Source of the DNA: Clostridia bacterium
GTDB taxonomy: Bacteria; Bacillota; Clostridia; RGIG6154
DNA: 64,000 nucleotides
Reading direction: 5' to 3'
NCBI GenBank assembly: GCA_045589295.1
Contig: JAZNOU010000012.1
Location: 160,001 to 224,000 of the forward strand
The position numbers and the translations under genes were made by a program. Every line of letters starts with the position of its first letter. Position 1 is the stretch's first letter. Below are positions 49,438-60,552 of the stretch, piece by piece. Below the pieces are notes generated by a model. It was not told the DNA's origin. It saw only the letters and a list, made by a program, of their open reading frames with translations, and searched no databases.

Positions 49438-49513
49438 GCACCATTAGCTCAGTTGGTAGAGCACCTGACTCTTAATCAGGGTGTCCGGGGTTCGAGCCCC
49501 CGATGGTGTACCA
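49438..49513 (+). tRNA. tRNA-Lys (CTT)
   Basis: 76-nt cloverleaf: GCACCAT/ATGGTGT acceptor stem, CCTGA-CTCTTAA-TCAGG anticodon arm, GGTTCGAG T-loop, encoded CCA. Confidence 0.98.
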
Positions 49514-49544
49514 AAGAAGAACACGATAGTGTTCTTCTTTTTTT
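49513..49544 (+). terminator. Terminator directly after the tRNA
   Basis: AAAGAAGAACAC-gata-GTGTTCTTCTTT followed by a T run. Confidence 0.85.
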
Positions 49545-49621
49545 ATTCTTTGCGTTGCAAATTGTAGTAATGTGTGATAAAATAAAGTTTAAAGAAAACA
49601 AAAAAATGGCTAGGTGGCAGA

Positions 49622-50437
49622 ATGGGGAAGTTTGAAGGAATTTTAATTTGCACCGATTTGGATGGGACACTTTTTAAAAATGACAAAACCATTTCAGAAG
49701 AAAACATAAAAGCGATTGATTATTTTAAATCTGAGGGTGGAATTTTTACATTTATAACAGGGCGTATTGCTTTTCTTGCTACCGATGTTTATAATATGAT
49801 AAAGCCAAATGCACCTGCAGGGTGTATTAATGGCGGAGCACTTTTTGACTATTGTAGAAATGAGTATATTTTTAAAACTGCTATTTCAGACAGATGGAGA
49901 GAGATTATCCAAGAGGTTGAAGAAATAGTACCAGAGGTGGGAATTCAGATAGTTTGTTATGAAAATGTTTATTTTTACAGAGAAAACGATGCTGTAAGGC
50001 AATATAGAAAAATGACAAACTTGCCACACCTTACTTGCCACTATAATGACATAACAGAGCCTGTAGCAAAAGTGCTTTTGGTTGATTCAAATGAGGATAA
50101 TCTTAACAAGGTAAAGAAGTTTTTAGAAAACCACCAACTTTTTGATGAATTTGATTGTTGTCGTTCTGAAAAAACACTTTATGAAATTCTCCCTAAAGGC
50201 GTCAATAAAGGGAATGGTCTTAAAGAAATTGCAGCTTTTACAGGTGCAGTTAAAACCATTGCAATCGGCGATTACGATAACGATGTTTTAATGCTTGAAG
50301 CTGCAGATATCGGTGTTGCTGTTTCAAATGCGTGTGAAAAAGTAAAAAAAGTTGCCAATTACATCACGGTAAGCAACCAAGAAAGCGCAATAGCTAAAGT
50401 GATTTTTGATATCGAAAATGGAGAAATAAAGTTCTAA
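49622..50437 (+). CDS. Cof-type HAD-IIB hydrolase
   Basis: TDLDGTL, TGR, VNKG, GDYDND. Confidence 0.93.
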   Translation: MGKFEGILICTDLDGTLFKNDKTISEENIKAIDYFKSEGGIFTFITGRIAFLATDVYNMIKPNAPAGCINGGALFDYCRNEYIFKTAISDRWREIIQEVEEIVPEVGIQIVCYENVYFYRENDAVRQYRKMTNLPHLTCHYNDITEPVAKVLLVDSNEDNLNKVKKFLENHQLFDEFDCCRSEKTLYEILPKGVNKGNGLKEIAAFTGAVKTIAIGDYDNDVLMLEAADIGVAVSNACEKVKKVANYITVSNQESAIAKVIFDIENGEIKF

Positions 50438-50530
50438 TAGGAAATAAAAAATTAATATATTAAGCCTTAACTCGTGAGGACTGATTGCATTAAATGCGAG
50501 AAGGGTATAGCAAAGGAGAAATTATAAATT

Positions 50531-51706
50531 ATGGATTTTACAAATCTTAAAACCTGCATGGACAAGCTGATTGATGAACATAATGTTCCGGGACTTGATG
50601 TAATTGTAAATTATGATCACAAAGAAGTTTTTAGGTACACCAGAGGTTTTTCAGACATTGAGAATAAGAGAAAAATGCAAGGCAATGAACTTTACGATAT
50701 TTATTCCATGACCAAGCTGATTACCTGCGTTTGTGCTCTTCAACTTGTGGAAAAAGGCAAAATTTCACTTGATGATGAAATTTTTAAATTTCTTCCCGAG
50801 TTTGAAAAAATGAAAATATCGGAGCATGATTTTGATGACGGAACTAAAGTTATGACAGGTACAGGCGAGGAGAAACAGATAAAAAGCGATTTCACTGGGT
50901 TTGCCAAAAATCAAATTACCATAAAGCACCTTTTTACCATGTCGGCGGGGCTTGATTATGCCATTGGTTCAGATTATATTCAAAATGCAGTTTCAAGCGG
51001 TGTTAAAAGCACCAGAGAAATTGTAAAAACATTTTCTCAAACTGTGCTCGGTTTTGAACCAGGAACAAGATTTCGCTACAGCCTTTGTCACGATGTGCTG
51101 GGGGCTATAATTGAAGTAGTTTCGGGCAAAAAGTTTGGCGATTATATGAAAGAAAATGTGTTTGAACCGCTTGGTATGAAAAACACATCTTTTGATGTGT
51201 CAACCGATGAAAGAGTTATGGTAAAATACCGCAAAGAGAACGGAATTGTAAAAAAAGTTGAACAGGGCAACTGGTTCAGGATTACAGATGAATATCAAAG
51301 CGGTGGAGCAGGTCTTGTTTCCACAACAGAGGATTATGCCTTGTTTTTAGATGCGTTAGCTTGCGGTGGGGTTGGTAAAAACGGCAATAGAGTTCTTTCT
51401 GAAGAACTTGTGGAACTTATGGGTACAAATCAGATTGGTGGAAAGGCATTGGAGGATTTTGACAAATTAAGAAAAGGTTATGGCTACGGACTTGGGGTTC
51501 GCACTCATTTAGATCCGGCATCAAGTGGTTCTTTGAGCCCTGTAGGTGAGTTCGGATGGGATGGTGCAGCTGGGGCTTTTGCACTCATTGACACTAAAAA
51601 CAAGCTTTCACTTACATATTTACAGCAGATGTATGGTTGGAGTCTAGAAACACAAAATCTTATAAGAAATGCGCTTTATTCTTGCTTAAATAGGGGGATT
51701 TTATGA
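50531..51706 (+). CDS. Serine hydrolase, beta-lactamase-related (family VIII esterase-like)
   Basis: YSMTK (SxxK), LFTMSAG, PGTRFRYS, FGWDGAAG; no signal peptide. Confidence 0.88.
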   Translation: MDFTNLKTCMDKLIDEHNVPGLDVIVNYDHKEVFRYTRGFSDIENKRKMQGNELYDIYSMTKLITCVCALQLVEKGKISLDDEIFKFLPEFEKMKISEHDFDDGTKVMTGTGEEKQIKSDFTGFAKNQITIKHLFTMSAGLDYAIGSDYIQNAVSSGVKSTREIVKTFSQTVLGFEPGTRFRYSLCHDVLGAIIEVVSGKKFGDYMKENVFEPLGMKNTSFDVSTDERVMVKYRKENGIVKKVEQGNWFRITDEYQSGGAGLVSTTEDYALFLDALACGGVGKNGNRVLSEELVELMGTNQIGGKALEDFDKLRKGYGYGLGVRTHLDPASSGSLSPVGEFGWDGAAGAFALIDTKNKLSLTYLQQMYGWSLETQNLIRNALYSCLNRGIL

Positions 51707-53175
51707 ATTATATTACACACAAAAATTCGGTTGTTTTATATTGGGATTTGCCGGACAACTATAAAGCAGGTGATAAATTCACAGTGCTTTTAAATGGTGA
51801 AGAAATAGGTCAGACCGAAAAATGTCATTTTAAGACACAGGATTTAAACAGGGGGCCAGAGTATAGATTTGAAGTTTTGGGTGTTGGCAAAATTACAGCT
51901 AAACTCCAACCTGAAAAAAACAGGATCGACATATCCAAACCTCCATATAATGCAACAGGTGATGGAAAAACTTTGAATACAAGGGCTATCCAGCAGGCGA
52001 TTAATGATTGTAAAGCGGGAGAATGTGTTTATATTCCTGAGGGGGATTTTATGACAGGTTCGCTTTATCTTCACTCAGATATGGAGCTTTATCTTGAAAA
52101 GGGCGCAATTCTTCATGGAACAACTTGTGTTGAAGATTACACACCCAAAATTAAAAGCCGTTTTGAGGGCATTGAAATGATGTGCTATGCTGCACTGCTT
52201 AATATCGGCGAGCTTGACAGAGCAAAGGGAGTAACATGCCAAAATGTGAAAATTACAGGCGAGGGAATGATTTGCGGAGGCGGAAGAGAGCTTTCTGACA
52301 ATGTTATTGCGCTTGAATTTGAACTTATGAAGGATGAACTTGCCAAAATGGGAGATGAAATAAAAGAGTGTGAAACTTCTTGGACAATCCCTGGAAGAGC
52401 AAGACCAAGACTTGTTAATATAAGCTGTGCAAAAAATGTTGAGATTTCAGGTGTTACAATTGCATACGGCCCGTGCTGGAATGTTCATATGATTTATTCT
52501 GATAACATTGTTACATATGGATGTGAGTTTCATTCCAAAAATGTTCACAATGGTGACGGGTGGGATCCTGACTCGTCAACTAATTGCACACTTTTTGGCT
52601 CAGAGTTTTACACTGGTGATGATTCTGTTGCAATAAAGTCGGGCAAAAATCCTGAGGGAAATATAATAAACAAACCAAGTGAGCACATAAGAGTTTTTGA
52701 TTGCATCAGTCACTCAGGGCACGGAATTACAATAGGAAGTGAAATGTCGGGAGGAATTAACGACGTTAAAATATGGAATTGCGATGTCAATAATTCAATG
52801 TTTGGCGTTGAAATAAAGGGAACAAGAAAACGTGGCGGATATGTTAGAAACGTAAGCGTGAGAAATTGCGAGGTTGGAAGAATTATTTTCCATTCCGTTC
52901 CTTATAATGATGACGGTGAGGGTTCAAAAGTCCCGCCTGTTTTTGAAAATTGCTTGTTTGAAAACATCAAAATTTCTGCTGTAAAACAGGAAGATGATGG
53001 TGCACTTACCCCGTGTGAAGCAATTGAAGTTGCGGGATTTGACGAAGAAGGACATTTTGTCAAAAATGTCAAGTTTAAAAATATTTGCTTAGATAATGGC
53101 AAGGGCAGCCAAAGGCAGACAATTTATCTTCAGTGCTGTGAAGGTGTAAGCTTTGAAAATATTTATGCCAGATAA
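51703..53175 (+). CDS. GH28 polygalacturonase-like protein with short Fn3-like N-terminus
   Basis: NGDGWDPDS, GDDSVAIKSG, GHGITIGSE; no signal peptide; ATGA overlap with the upstream gene. Confidence 0.9.
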   Translation: MNYITHKNSVVLYWDLPDNYKAGDKFTVLLNGEEIGQTEKCHFKTQDLNRGPEYRFEVLGVGKITAKLQPEKNRIDISKPPYNATGDGKTLNTRAIQQAINDCKAGECVYIPEGDFMTGSLYLHSDMELYLEKGAILHGTTCVEDYTPKIKSRFEGIEMMCYAALLNIGELDRAKGVTCQNVKITGEGMICGGGRELSDNVIALEFELMKDELAKMGDEIKECETSWTIPGRARPRLVNISCAKNVEISGVTIAYGPCWNVHMIYSDNIVTYGCEFHSKNVHNGDGWDPDSSTNCTLFGSEFYTGDDSVAIKSGKNPEGNIINKPSEHIRVFDCISHSGHGITIGSEMSGGINDVKIWNCDVNNSMFGVEIKGTRKRGGYVRNVSVRNCEVGRIIFHSVPYNDDGEGSKVPPVFENCLFENIKISAVKQEDDGALTPCEAIEVAGFDEEGHFVKNVKFKNICLDNGKGSQRQTIYLQCCEGVSFENIYAR

Positions 53176-53358
53176 AAAAGTAGTTAAACGTAAAATATTA
53201 TAGAAAGAAACTAAATATTGTGGTTTTAGTTGTTTGACGTGCGATATATTATATAGGAAGAAATCCGTAGCTTTTCATAAGAAAAGGTGCGGGTTTTCCT
53301 TTATACATAGCCATTTTGAAAAAATTTGAAAAAAAACAAGAAAAATTTAAAAAAACAC

Positions 53359-53387
53359 TTGATTTTTTCAGACTTTTATAGTATGAT
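53359..53387 (+). promoter_or_regulatory. sigmaA promoter of the S10 operon
   Basis: TTGATT-N17-TATGAT with an A-rich UP element. Confidence 0.7.
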
Positions 53388-53394
53388 ATACGAG

Positions 53395-53450
53395 TTGTAT
53401 GCTGCAGAACTATGTGTGGTGTGATATGAAACACCCGGGGCAGTTGCAAG
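53395..53450 (+). promoter_or_regulatory. Putative structured rpsJ 5' leader
   Basis: GC-rich nested stems GGTGT/ACACC and GCTGC/GCAGT in an AT-rich background. Confidence 0.45.
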
Positions 53451-53476
53451 AATATAAAAGAAAAGGAGGATAAAAA

Positions 53477-53791
53477 ATGGCATCAGAAAAGAAAATCAGA
53501 ATCAAGATTAAAGGTTATGACCATGCGTTAGTTGACCAGTCAGCAGAAAAAATTGTTGATACTGTTAAAAGAACAGGCGCTGAGGTTGCAGGTCCTATCC
53601 CGCTTCCAACTAAAAAGGAAATAATCACAATCTTAAGAGCTGTTCATAAGTACAAAGATTCCAGAGAGCAGTTCGAAATGAGAACACACAAAAGACTTAT
53701 TGATGTGATCTCACCTAAGCAGAAGACCACAGAAGCTTTAGGTAAACTTGATTTGCCTGCCGGAATTAATGTTGAAATCAAGGTCATCTAA
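53477..53791 (+). CDS. rpsJ: 30S ribosomal protein S10
   Basis: [22 protein letters not shown]. Confidence 0.98.
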   Translation: MASEKKIRIKIKGYDHALVDQSAEKIVDTVKRTGAEVAGPIPLPTKKEIITILRAVHKYKDSREQFEMRTHKRLIDVISPKQKTTEALGKLDLPAGINVEIKVI

Positions 53792-53855
53792 CCGGTAAGG
53801 TAGTGGGTCATGTTCGCAATACGGGCGAACCAATAACCATAAGGAGGAAAAAATA

Positions 53856-54488
53856 ATGAAAAAGGCAATACTTGGCAAAAAGCTCGGTATGACTCAGCTT
53901 TTTGACGAAGCTGGAAAACTTATTCCAGTTACAGTAGTTGAAGCCGGCCCATGCGTTGTTGTTCAGAAAAAGACAGTTGACAACGATGGTTACGAAGCAG
54001 TTCAGATTGGCTACAAAGACATTGAAGAAAGAAAAGTTTCAAAGCCTTTGAAAGGTCACTTTGACAAAGCTGGCGTTGGCTACAAAAGATTTTTAAGAGA
54101 ATTTAAACTTGAGGATGCTGCCTCAATGAACATCGGTGACGAAATTAAAGTTGATGTGTTTGCAGCTGGCGAAAAAATCGACGTTACAGGCACAAGCAAA
54201 GGTAAAGGATATGCCGGTGTAATCAAGCGTTACAACGCACACAGACTTAAAGAAACTCACGGTACAGGTCCTGTACATCGTCATGCCGGTTCAAACGGTG
54301 CATGTTCAGATCCTTCAAGAGTATTCAAAGGTAAGAAAATGGCCGGTCATATGGGCTGCGAAACAGTTACCATTCAGAATCTGGACGTTGTAAATGTTGA
54401 CGTTGAAAAGAACTTGCTTTTAGTTCGCGGAGCAATTCCGGGACCAAAAGGCGGATTAGTAATAGTTAAAAACTCAGTTAAAGCGTAA
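53856..54488 (+). CDS. rplC: 50S ribosomal protein L3
   Basis: [26 protein letters not shown]. Confidence 0.98.
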   Translation: MKKAILGKKLGMTQLFDEAGKLIPVTVVEAGPCVVVQKKTVDNDGYEAVQIGYKDIEERKVSKPLKGHFDKAGVGYKRFLREFKLEDAASMNIGDEIKVDVFAAGEKIDVTGTSKGKGYAGVIKRYNAHRLKETHGTGPVHRHAGSNGACSDPSRVFKGKKMAGHMGCETVTIQNLDVVNVDVEKNLLLVRGAIPGPKGGLVIVKNSVKA

Positions 54489-54514
54489 GTTTTTAAGGAA
54501 GGAGGAAGTTACAC

Positions 54515-55138
54515 ATGCCTAACGTGGCTTTATATAACATGGATGGTAAAGAAATCGGAACCATCGAGTTAAACGAAAGCTTGTTTGCTGCTGAAGTAAA
54601 CGGTTCTGTTTTGCACGAAGTTGTTAAAAACTATCTTGCTAACCAGAGACAGGGTACTCAGAGCACAAAAACAAGAGCAGAAGTTAGAGGCGGCGGCATT
54701 AAGCCTTGGCGCCAGAAGGGAACAGGCAGAGCTAGACAGGGTTCTATCCGTTCACCACAGTGGATTCACGGCGGTATCGCATTGGGTCCAAAACCAAGAG
54801 ATTACAGATATTCAATTAACAAGAAGATGAAACTTGTTGCTTTAAAATCTGCTTTATCTTCAAAGGTTGCTGACAGTAAGATTTTTGTTATCGATACATT
54901 AGCACTTGATGAAATCAAAACTAAGAAAGTTGTTAACCTCCTTGGAAACGTTGGAGCTACAAAAGCTCTCATCGTAACAAGCGAAATTAACGAAAACGTA
55001 TACAAATCAGCAAGAAACATCGAAGGTGTTAAAGCATCTTATGTTGGCGAACTTAACGTATATGAACTTTTGAAATATGACAGCCTTGTTATTTCACAGG
55101 ATGCTGTTAAGAAATTAGAGGAGGTGTATGCTATATGA
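54515..55138 (+). CDS. rplD: 50S ribosomal protein L4
   Basis: [15 protein letters not shown]. Confidence 0.98.
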   Translation: MPNVALYNMDGKEIGTIELNESLFAAEVNGSVLHEVVKNYLANQRQGTQSTKTRAEVRGGGIKPWRQKGTGRARQGSIRSPQWIHGGIALGPKPRDYRYSINKKMKLVALKSALSSKVADSKIFVIDTLALDEIKTKKVVNLLGNVGATKALIVTSEINENVYKSARNIEGVKASYVGELNVYELLKYDSLVISQDAVKKLEEVYAI

Positions 55139-55425
55139 TGTATCATGATATTTTAAGAAGACCTATCATATCAGAAAACTCAATGGAAGATATAGCAAAC
55201 AAAAAGTACACCTTTGAAGTTGCAGCAAAAGCAACAAAAGTGGATATTAAAATCGCTGTTGAGCAGGTTTTTAAAGTACAGGTTGCTAAAGTTAACACAA
55301 TGAACTATCTTGGCAAAACTAAGAGAATGGGTGTTCATGTTGGTAAAAGACATGACTGGAAAAAAGCAATTGTTACTTTGAAACCAGATAGCAAAGCAAT
55401 TGAATTTTTTGACGGAATGGCTTAA
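55135..55425 (+). CDS. rplW: 50S ribosomal protein L23
   Basis: [14 protein letters not shown]; operon order. Confidence 0.97.
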   Translation: MMYHDILRRPIISENSMEDIANKKYTFEVAAKATKVDIKIAVEQVFKVQVAKVNTMNYLGKTKRMGVHVGKRHDWKKAIVTLKPDSKAIEFFDGMA

Positions 55426-55458
55426 TTGAATGAATTGAAATGAAGGAGTTGAAATTAA

Positions 55459-56292
55459 ATGGCTATAAAAAAATATAACCCGACTACTCCGGCAAGAAGA
55501 AATATGACCGTTTCAACATTTGAGGAAATTACCAAAAAGTCTCCTGAAAGAAATTTGGTTGAAACAATCAAAGAAAAAGCCGGAAGAAACTCATACGGTA
55601 GAATCACTGTTCGTCACAGAGGCGGCGGTGTAAAAAGAAAGTACAGAATCATTGACTTTAAGAGAAATAAAGACGGTATCGAAGCTAATGTTATAGCAAT
55701 CGAGTACGATCCAAACAGAAGCGCTAATATCGCGCTCTTGGAATATGCTGATGGCGAAAGAACATACATCATCGCTCCTCTTAATCTTAAAGTTGGCGAT
55801 AAAGTTATCTCAGGCGAAGGCGCTGACATTAAACCTGGTAACGCATTGTTCATTAAAGATATCCCAGTTGGTACTTTAATTCACAATATCGAACTTATGC
55901 CAGGCCGTGGTGCTCAGATGGTTAGATCTGCAGGTAACTCAGCACAGCTTATGGCTAAAGAAGGCGCTTACGCTCAGGTTAGACTTCCATCAGGCGAAGT
56001 TAGAATGGTTAGCGTTAAGTGTAAGGCTACAATCGGTGAAGTTGGTAACCAGGATCACGAAAATATTTCTATCGGTAAAGCTGGTAGAAAAAGACATATG
56101 GGCTTCCGTCCAACAGTCCGTGGTGTTGTTATGAACCCGAATGACCATCCGCACGGTGGTGGTGAAGGTAAATCACCTATCGGCCGTCCAAGTCCTGTTA
56201 CTCCTTGGGGTAAACCTGCACTTGGTCTTAAGACAAGAAAGAAAAACAAAAAATCAGATATGTTTATTGTTAGAAGACGTAACGGTAAATAA
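55459..56292 (+). CDS. rplB: 50S ribosomal protein L2
   Basis: [21 protein letters not shown]. Confidence 0.98.
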   Translation: MAIKKYNPTTPARRNMTVSTFEEITKKSPERNLVETIKEKAGRNSYGRITVRHRGGGVKRKYRIIDFKRNKDGIEANVIAIEYDPNRSANIALLEYADGERTYIIAPLNLKVGDKVISGEGADIKPGNALFIKDIPVGTLIHNIELMPGRGAQMVRSAGNSAQLMAKEGAYAQVRLPSGEVRMVSVKCKATIGEVGNQDHENISIGKAGRKRHMGFRPTVRGVVMNPNDHPHGGGEGKSPIGRPSPVTPWGKPALGLKTRKKNKKSDMFIVRRRNGK

Positions 56293-56310
56293 TATATATG
56301 GAGGTAAAAC

Positions 56311-56589
56311 ATGGGTAGATCAGTTAAAAAAGGCCCTTTCGTGAACGAAAAGCTCCTGAAAAGAATTGTTGAAATGAACGAAGCAGGCGAAAAAAGAGTT
56401 TTAAAGACCTGGTCAAGAAGCTCAACAATCTTCCCTGATATGATTGGTCATACAATCGCTGTTCATGACGGAAGAAAGCATGTTCCGGTATATATCACTG
56501 AGGACATGGTTGGTCATAAATTAGGTGAATTTGCTCCCACAAGAACTTATAAGGGACATGCCGGAGCAAAAACATCTGGAGTTAAATAA
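56311..56589 (+). CDS. rpsS: 30S ribosomal protein S19
   Basis: [20 protein letters not shown]. Confidence 0.98.
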   Translation: MGRSVKKGPFVNEKLLKRIVEMNEAGEKRVLKTWSRSSTIFPDMIGHTIAVHDGRKHVPVYITEDMVGHKLGEFAPTRTYKGHAGAKTSGVK

Positions 56590-56618
56590 TTTAGTAACGT
56601 AAGAGAGGAGGGCATAAC

Positions 56619-56954
56619 ATGGAAGCAAGAGCAGTCCTTCGTTATGCACGTATTTCACCGCGTAAAGTGAAAATCGTGATTGATTTAATCAGGAATAAGT
56701 CTGTTGCTGAAGCAATCGGTATTATCAACAATACTCCGAAAGCTGCATCAGAATATCTTATAAAGCTGTTAAACTCAGCTATCGCAAATGCAACCAACAA
56801 CCACAATATGGATGCTGAAAAGTTGTATGTTGCAGAAGTATTCGCTAACCCCGGCCCGATTTTGAAGAGAATTATGCCAAGAGCTCAGGGTAGAGCGTTC
56901 AGAATCAGAAAAAGAACTAGTCATATTACAATTGTTCTTAAAGAAAGACAATAA
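56619..56954 (+). CDS. rplV: 50S ribosomal protein L22
   Basis: RISPRK, PRAQGRA, TSHITI. Confidence 0.98.
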   Translation: MEARAVLRYARISPRKVKIVIDLIRNKSVAEAIGIINNTPKAASEYLIKLLNSAIANATNNHNMDAEKLYVAEVFANPGPILKRIMPRAQGRAFRIRKRTSHITIVLKERQ

Positions 56955-56974
56955 TCTTGTAAGGAGGTAATACA

Positions 56975-57634
56975 ATGGGTCAGAAGGTACATCCACACGG
57001 ACTCAGAGTCGGCGTTATCAAAGATTGGGACTCCAAATGGTATGCTGATTCAAAAAACTTCGGCGACAGCTTAGTCGAAGATTACAATGTGAGAGAATAT
57101 CTTAAAAAGACTCACTTTGATGCCGGTGTTGCAAAAGTTGAAATTGAAAAACCATCAAACAGACTTAAAATCAACATCTATGCAGCTAAACCTGCGTTTA
57201 TTATCGGCAAAAAAGGTGAAGGTATAGAAAAGACAAAACAGGCAATCGTTAAAATGACAGGCAAAAACGTTTCAATTAACATTATTGAAATCAAACAGCC
57301 TGACATGTGTGCACAGCTTGTTGCTGAAAACATCGCTGCACAGCTCGTAAAGAGAGTTTCTTTCAGACGTGCTATGAAGCAGGCAATGGGAAGAACAACA
57401 AAAGCAGGTGCTATGGGTATTAAGGCTGCTTGTTCAGGTCGTTTGGGCGGTGCTGAAATTGCTCGTACAGAACAGTATCACGAAGGCACAATTCCGCTCC
57501 AGACAATCAGAGCTGACATTGACTATGGTTTTGCAGAAGCTGATACAACATTCGGTAAAATCGGTGTTAAAGTTTGGATTTATAAAGGCGAAGTTCTTCC
57601 TGGAACTGGTAAGAAGAAGGGAGAGAATAAATAA
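56975..57634 (+). CDS. rpsC: 30S ribosomal protein S3
   Basis: [21 protein letters not shown]. Confidence 0.98.
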   Translation: MGQKVHPHGLRVGVIKDWDSKWYADSKNFGDSLVEDYNVREYLKKTHFDAGVAKVEIEKPSNRLKINIYAAKPAFIIGKKGEGIEKTKQAIVKMTGKNVSINIIEIKQPDMCAQLVAENIAAQLVKRVSFRRAMKQAMGRTTKAGAMGIKAACSGRLGGAEIARTEQYHEGTIPLQTIRADIDYGFAEADTTFGKIGVKVWIYKGEVLPGTGKKKGENK

Positions 57635-58074
57635 TGTTATTGCCTAAAAGAGTTAAATACAGAAGAGTTATGAGAGGTCGTATGACCGGTAAAGCTACAA
57701 GAGGTAACAAAGTAAGCTACGGCGAATTTGGTATCCAGGCTGTTGAGCCAGGTTGGATCAAGAGCAATCAGATCGAAGCTGCCCGTATCGCTATGACAAG
57801 ATACACAAAAAGAGGCGGTAAGGTTTGGATCAAGATTTTCCCTGATAAGCCTGTTACAGAAAAGCCGGCTGAAACACGTATGGGTAGCGGTAAAGGTTCT
57901 CCTGAGTACTGGGTTGCAGTTGTTAAACCAGGCAGAGTAATGTTTGAAATCGGTGGTGTTTCAGAAGACATTGCAAGAGAAGCTCTCCGTCTTGCTATTC
58001 ACAAGTTGCCTATCAAATGTAAAATAGTTACAAAGGCTGATACAGAAACGGAAGGTGAAGCTAATGAAGGTTAA
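57634..58074 (+). CDS. rplP: 50S ribosomal protein L16
   Basis: [17 protein letters not shown]. Confidence 0.98.
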   Translation: MLLPKRVKYRRVMRGRMTGKATRGNKVSYGEFGIQAVEPGWIKSNQIEAARIAMTRYTKRGGKVWIKIFPDKPVTEKPAETRMGSGKGSPEYWVAVVKPGRVMFEIGGVSEDIAREALRLAIHKLPIKCKIVTKADTETEGEANEG

Positions 58075-58264
58075 TGAAATAAGAGATTTATCTTATGAAG
58101 AATTAGCGGTAAAGCTTGCTGACCTCAAGGCTGAACTTTTTAATTTAAGATTTCAGAATGCTACAAGCCAGTTGGATAACCCGATGCAGCTTGTTGAGGT
58201 TAAGAAGTCAATCGCTAGAGTTAAAACAGTTATGAGAGAAATTGAGCTTAAAGAAGCTCAGTAA
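58064..58264 (+). CDS. rpmC: 50S ribosomal protein L29
   Basis: [17 protein letters not shown]; ATG 58064. Confidence 0.96.
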   Translation: MKVNEIRDLSYEELAVKLADLKAELFNLRFQNATSQLDNPMQLVEVKKSIARVKTVMREIELKEAQ

Positions 58265-58300
58265 TAATTCCTTGTTATATATAGGAAAGGAGGAGCCGAC

Positions 58301-58558
58301 TTGTCAGAACGCGGATACAGAAAGACAAGAATAGGAAAGGTTGTTAGCAACAAAATGGACAAAACAATCGTTGTTGCCATTGTTGATAGTGTTAAACATC
58401 CTTTATACGGAAAAATCGTTAAAAAGACCTACAAATTAAAAGCACACGACGAACAGAATGTTTGCGCAGTGGGCGATAGAGTTAAGGTTATGGAAACAAG
58501 ACCTCTTTCAAAGGATAAGAGATGGCGTCTTGTAGAAATCGTAGAAAAAGCTCAGTAA
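58301..58558 (+). CDS. rpsQ: 30S ribosomal protein S17
   Basis: [19 protein letters not shown]; TTG start. Confidence 0.98.
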   Translation: MSERGYRKTRIGKVVSNKMDKTIVVAIVDSVKHPLYGKIVKKTYKLKAHDEQNVCAVGDRVKVMETRPLSKDKRWRLVEIVEKAQ

Positions 58559-58586
58559 TTTTAAAGAGCGGAAAGGAGATTTTGCC

Positions 58587-58955
58587 ATGGTACAGCAACA
58601 GTCATTGTTGAAGGTAGCAGACAACACCGGTGCAAAAGAACTCATGTGCATCCGTGTACTCGGCGGTACAAGAAGACGTTATGCCAATGTTGGCGACGTT
58701 GTAGTTGCTTCTGTTAAGAAAGCAACACCGGGCGGAGTTGTTAAAAAAGGCGAAGTAGTTAAAGCTGTTATTGTTAGAACTGTTAAAGGCTTAAAAAGAG
58801 CTGACGGTTCATATATAAAATTTGATGAAAATGCAGCAGTTATTATCAAAGAAGATAAAAATCCAAGAGGTACTCGTATCTTTGGACCTGTTGCAAGAGA
58901 ATTGAGAGATAAAGAATATATGAAAATATTATCTTTAGCTCCAGAAGTATTATAA
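58587..58955 (+). CDS. rplN: 50S ribosomal protein L14
   Basis: [20 protein letters not shown]. Confidence 0.98.
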   Translation: MVQQQSLLKVADNTGAKELMCIRVLGGTRRRYANVGDVVVASVKKATPGGVVKKGEVVKAVIVRTVKGLKRADGSYIKFDENAAVIIKEDKNPRGTRIFGPVARELRDKEYMKILSLAPEVL

Positions 58956-58970
58956 TAGGAGGTACAACCA

Positions 58971-59291
58971 ATGAAAATGCATATTAAAAAAGGTGATACA
59001 GTAGTTGTACTTTCAGGTAAAGATAAAGGCAAAAAAGGTAAAGTACTTGCTGTATTCCCAAAAACTTCAAAAGCTATCGTTGAAGGCGTTAACGTTGCTA
59101 CAAAGCACTCTAAGCCAAGAAGACAGGGTGAAGAAGGCGGAATTATCAAGCAGGAAATCGCTATTAATGCTTGCAAATTGATGCACGTTTGCTCAAAATG
59201 TAACCAAGCTACCAGAATCGGACGTAAAGTTTTAGATGATGGTTCAATCGTTCGTTATTGCAAAAAGTGCAATGAATTATTTGCAGATTAA
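58971..59291 (+). CDS. rplX: 50S ribosomal protein L24
   Basis: IKKGDTVVVLSGKDKGK (KOW motif). Confidence 0.98.
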   Translation: MKMHIKKGDTVVVLSGKDKGKKGKVLAVFPKTSKAIVEGVNVATKHSKPRRQGEEGGIIKQEIAINACKLMHVCSKCNQATRIGRKVLDDGSIVRYCKKCNELFAD

Positions 59292-59314
59292 TCAAAGGAA
59301 GGAGGAATTTTTAA

Positions 59315-59857
59315 ATGACCCGACTTTATGAAAAGTATGTTAATGAAGTTGCACCTGCTCTTATGAGCAAGTTTGGTTATAAAAGCCCCATGCAGATTCC
59401 AAAGATTGAAAAAATCGTTATTAACATGGGCGTTGCAGAAGCAAAAGACAATTCTAAAGCATTAGATGCTGCTGCAAATGACTTGGCTATCATTACAGGT
59501 CAGAAGCCTCTCATTACTAAAGCTAGAAAATCTGTTGCTAACTTTAAAATCAGAGAAGGCATGAACTTAGGATGCAAAGTTACTTTAAGAAAAGACAAAA
59601 TGTACGAATTTATGGACAGATTGTTCAACATCGCGCTTCCGCGTGTTAGAGACTTCAGAGGTATTAATCCTGATTCCTTTGACGGAAGAGGAAACTATGC
59701 TTTCGGTCTTAAAGAACAACTCATTTTCCCTGAAATTGAGTACGATAAAATTGACAAAATCAGAGGTATGGACATTATCTTTGTTACTACCGCTAAAACT
59801 GATGAAGAAGCGAAAGAGCTGCTCACTCTTATGGGTGCTCCGTATGCACATAATTAA
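59315..59857 (+). CDS. rplE: 50S ribosomal protein L5
   Basis: [24 protein letters not shown]. Confidence 0.98.
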   Translation: MTRLYEKYVNEVAPALMSKFGYKSPMQIPKIEKIVINMGVAEAKDNSKALDAAANDLAIITGQKPLITKARKSVANFKIREGMNLGCKVTLRKDKMYEFMDRLFNIALPRVRDFRGINPDSFDGRGNYAFGLKEQLIFPEIEYDKIDKIRGMDIIFVTTAKTDEEAKELLTLMGAPYAHN

Positions 59858-59871
59858 GGAGGTAACATATC

Positions 59872-60057
59872 GTGGCTAAAAAAGCAATGATTATTAAACA
59901 GCAGAGAACTCCTAAGTATGCAACAAGAGCTTACACAAGATGTAAGATCTGCGGAAGACCGCATGCTTATTTAAGAAAATTCGGTATTTGCCGTATTTGC
60001 TTCAGAGAATTAGCGTACAAAGGTCAGATTCCTGGTGTTAAAAAAGCAAGTTGGTAA
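59872..60057 (+). CDS. rpsN: 30S ribosomal protein S14, type Z (zinc-binding)
   Basis: 61 aa with CKIC and CRIC. Confidence 0.98.
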   Translation: MAKKAMIIKQQRTPKYATRAYTRCKICGRPHAYLRKFGICRICFRELAYKGQIPGVKKASW

Positions 60058-60110
60058 GATTTATCTTACTATGTAAGTTATGTTAAGTATTATGGAAGGA
60101 GGCAACATAT

Positions 60111-60509
60111 ATGCATATTACAGATCCTATCGCAGATATGCTTACTCGTATCAGAAACGCAAATGACGCAAAGCACGAAACAGTTGATGTTCCTTGCTCA
60201 AATATGAAAAAGGCTATTGCTGACATTTTGCTTGAAGAAGGATATATTAAAAATTATCAGATCATTGATGATAATAAGCAGGGTATTATTAGAATTACTC
60301 TTAAGTATGCTGCTAACAAGAAAAAGGTTATTTCAGGTCTTAAGAGAATTTCAAAACCCGGTCTCAGAATTTACGCATCTAAGGAAGATCTTCCAAGGGT
60401 GTTAAGAGGTTTAGGTATTGCTATCATCTCTACTTCTAAAGGTATTATGACCGATAAGAAGGCTAGACAGAACAATGTAGGCGGCGAGGTTTTAGCATAC
60501 ATCTGGTAA
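60111..60509 (+). CDS. rpsH: 30S ribosomal protein S8
   Basis: [21 protein letters not shown]. Confidence 0.98.
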   Translation: MHITDPIADMLTRIRNANDAKHETVDVPCSNMKKAIADILLEEGYIKNYQIIDDNKQGIIRITLKYAANKKKVISGLKRISKPGLRIYASKEDLPRVLRGLGIAIISTSKGIMTDKKARQNNVGGEVLAYIW

Positions 60510-60552
60510 TCATTGATTTCCAGATAAGCACAAAGTTAAGGAGGTGTATACG

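Noticed and set aside
48511-49544. Prophage or integrative element at tRNA-Lys
   Set aside because: No integrase, phage genes or duplicated tRNA 3' end seen
49453-49670. ORFs overlapping the tRNA
   Set aside because: Spurious translations of tRNA-Lys and its terminator
50531-51706. Beta-lactam resistance gene
   Set aside because: Cytoplasmic SxxK hydrolase without a signal peptide or KTG motif; esterase-like, so resistance is unsupported
53255-53302. Imperfect hairpin between GH28 and the S10 promoter as a possible sRNA
   Set aside because: No convincing promoter; most simply a terminator-like structure for the upstream genes
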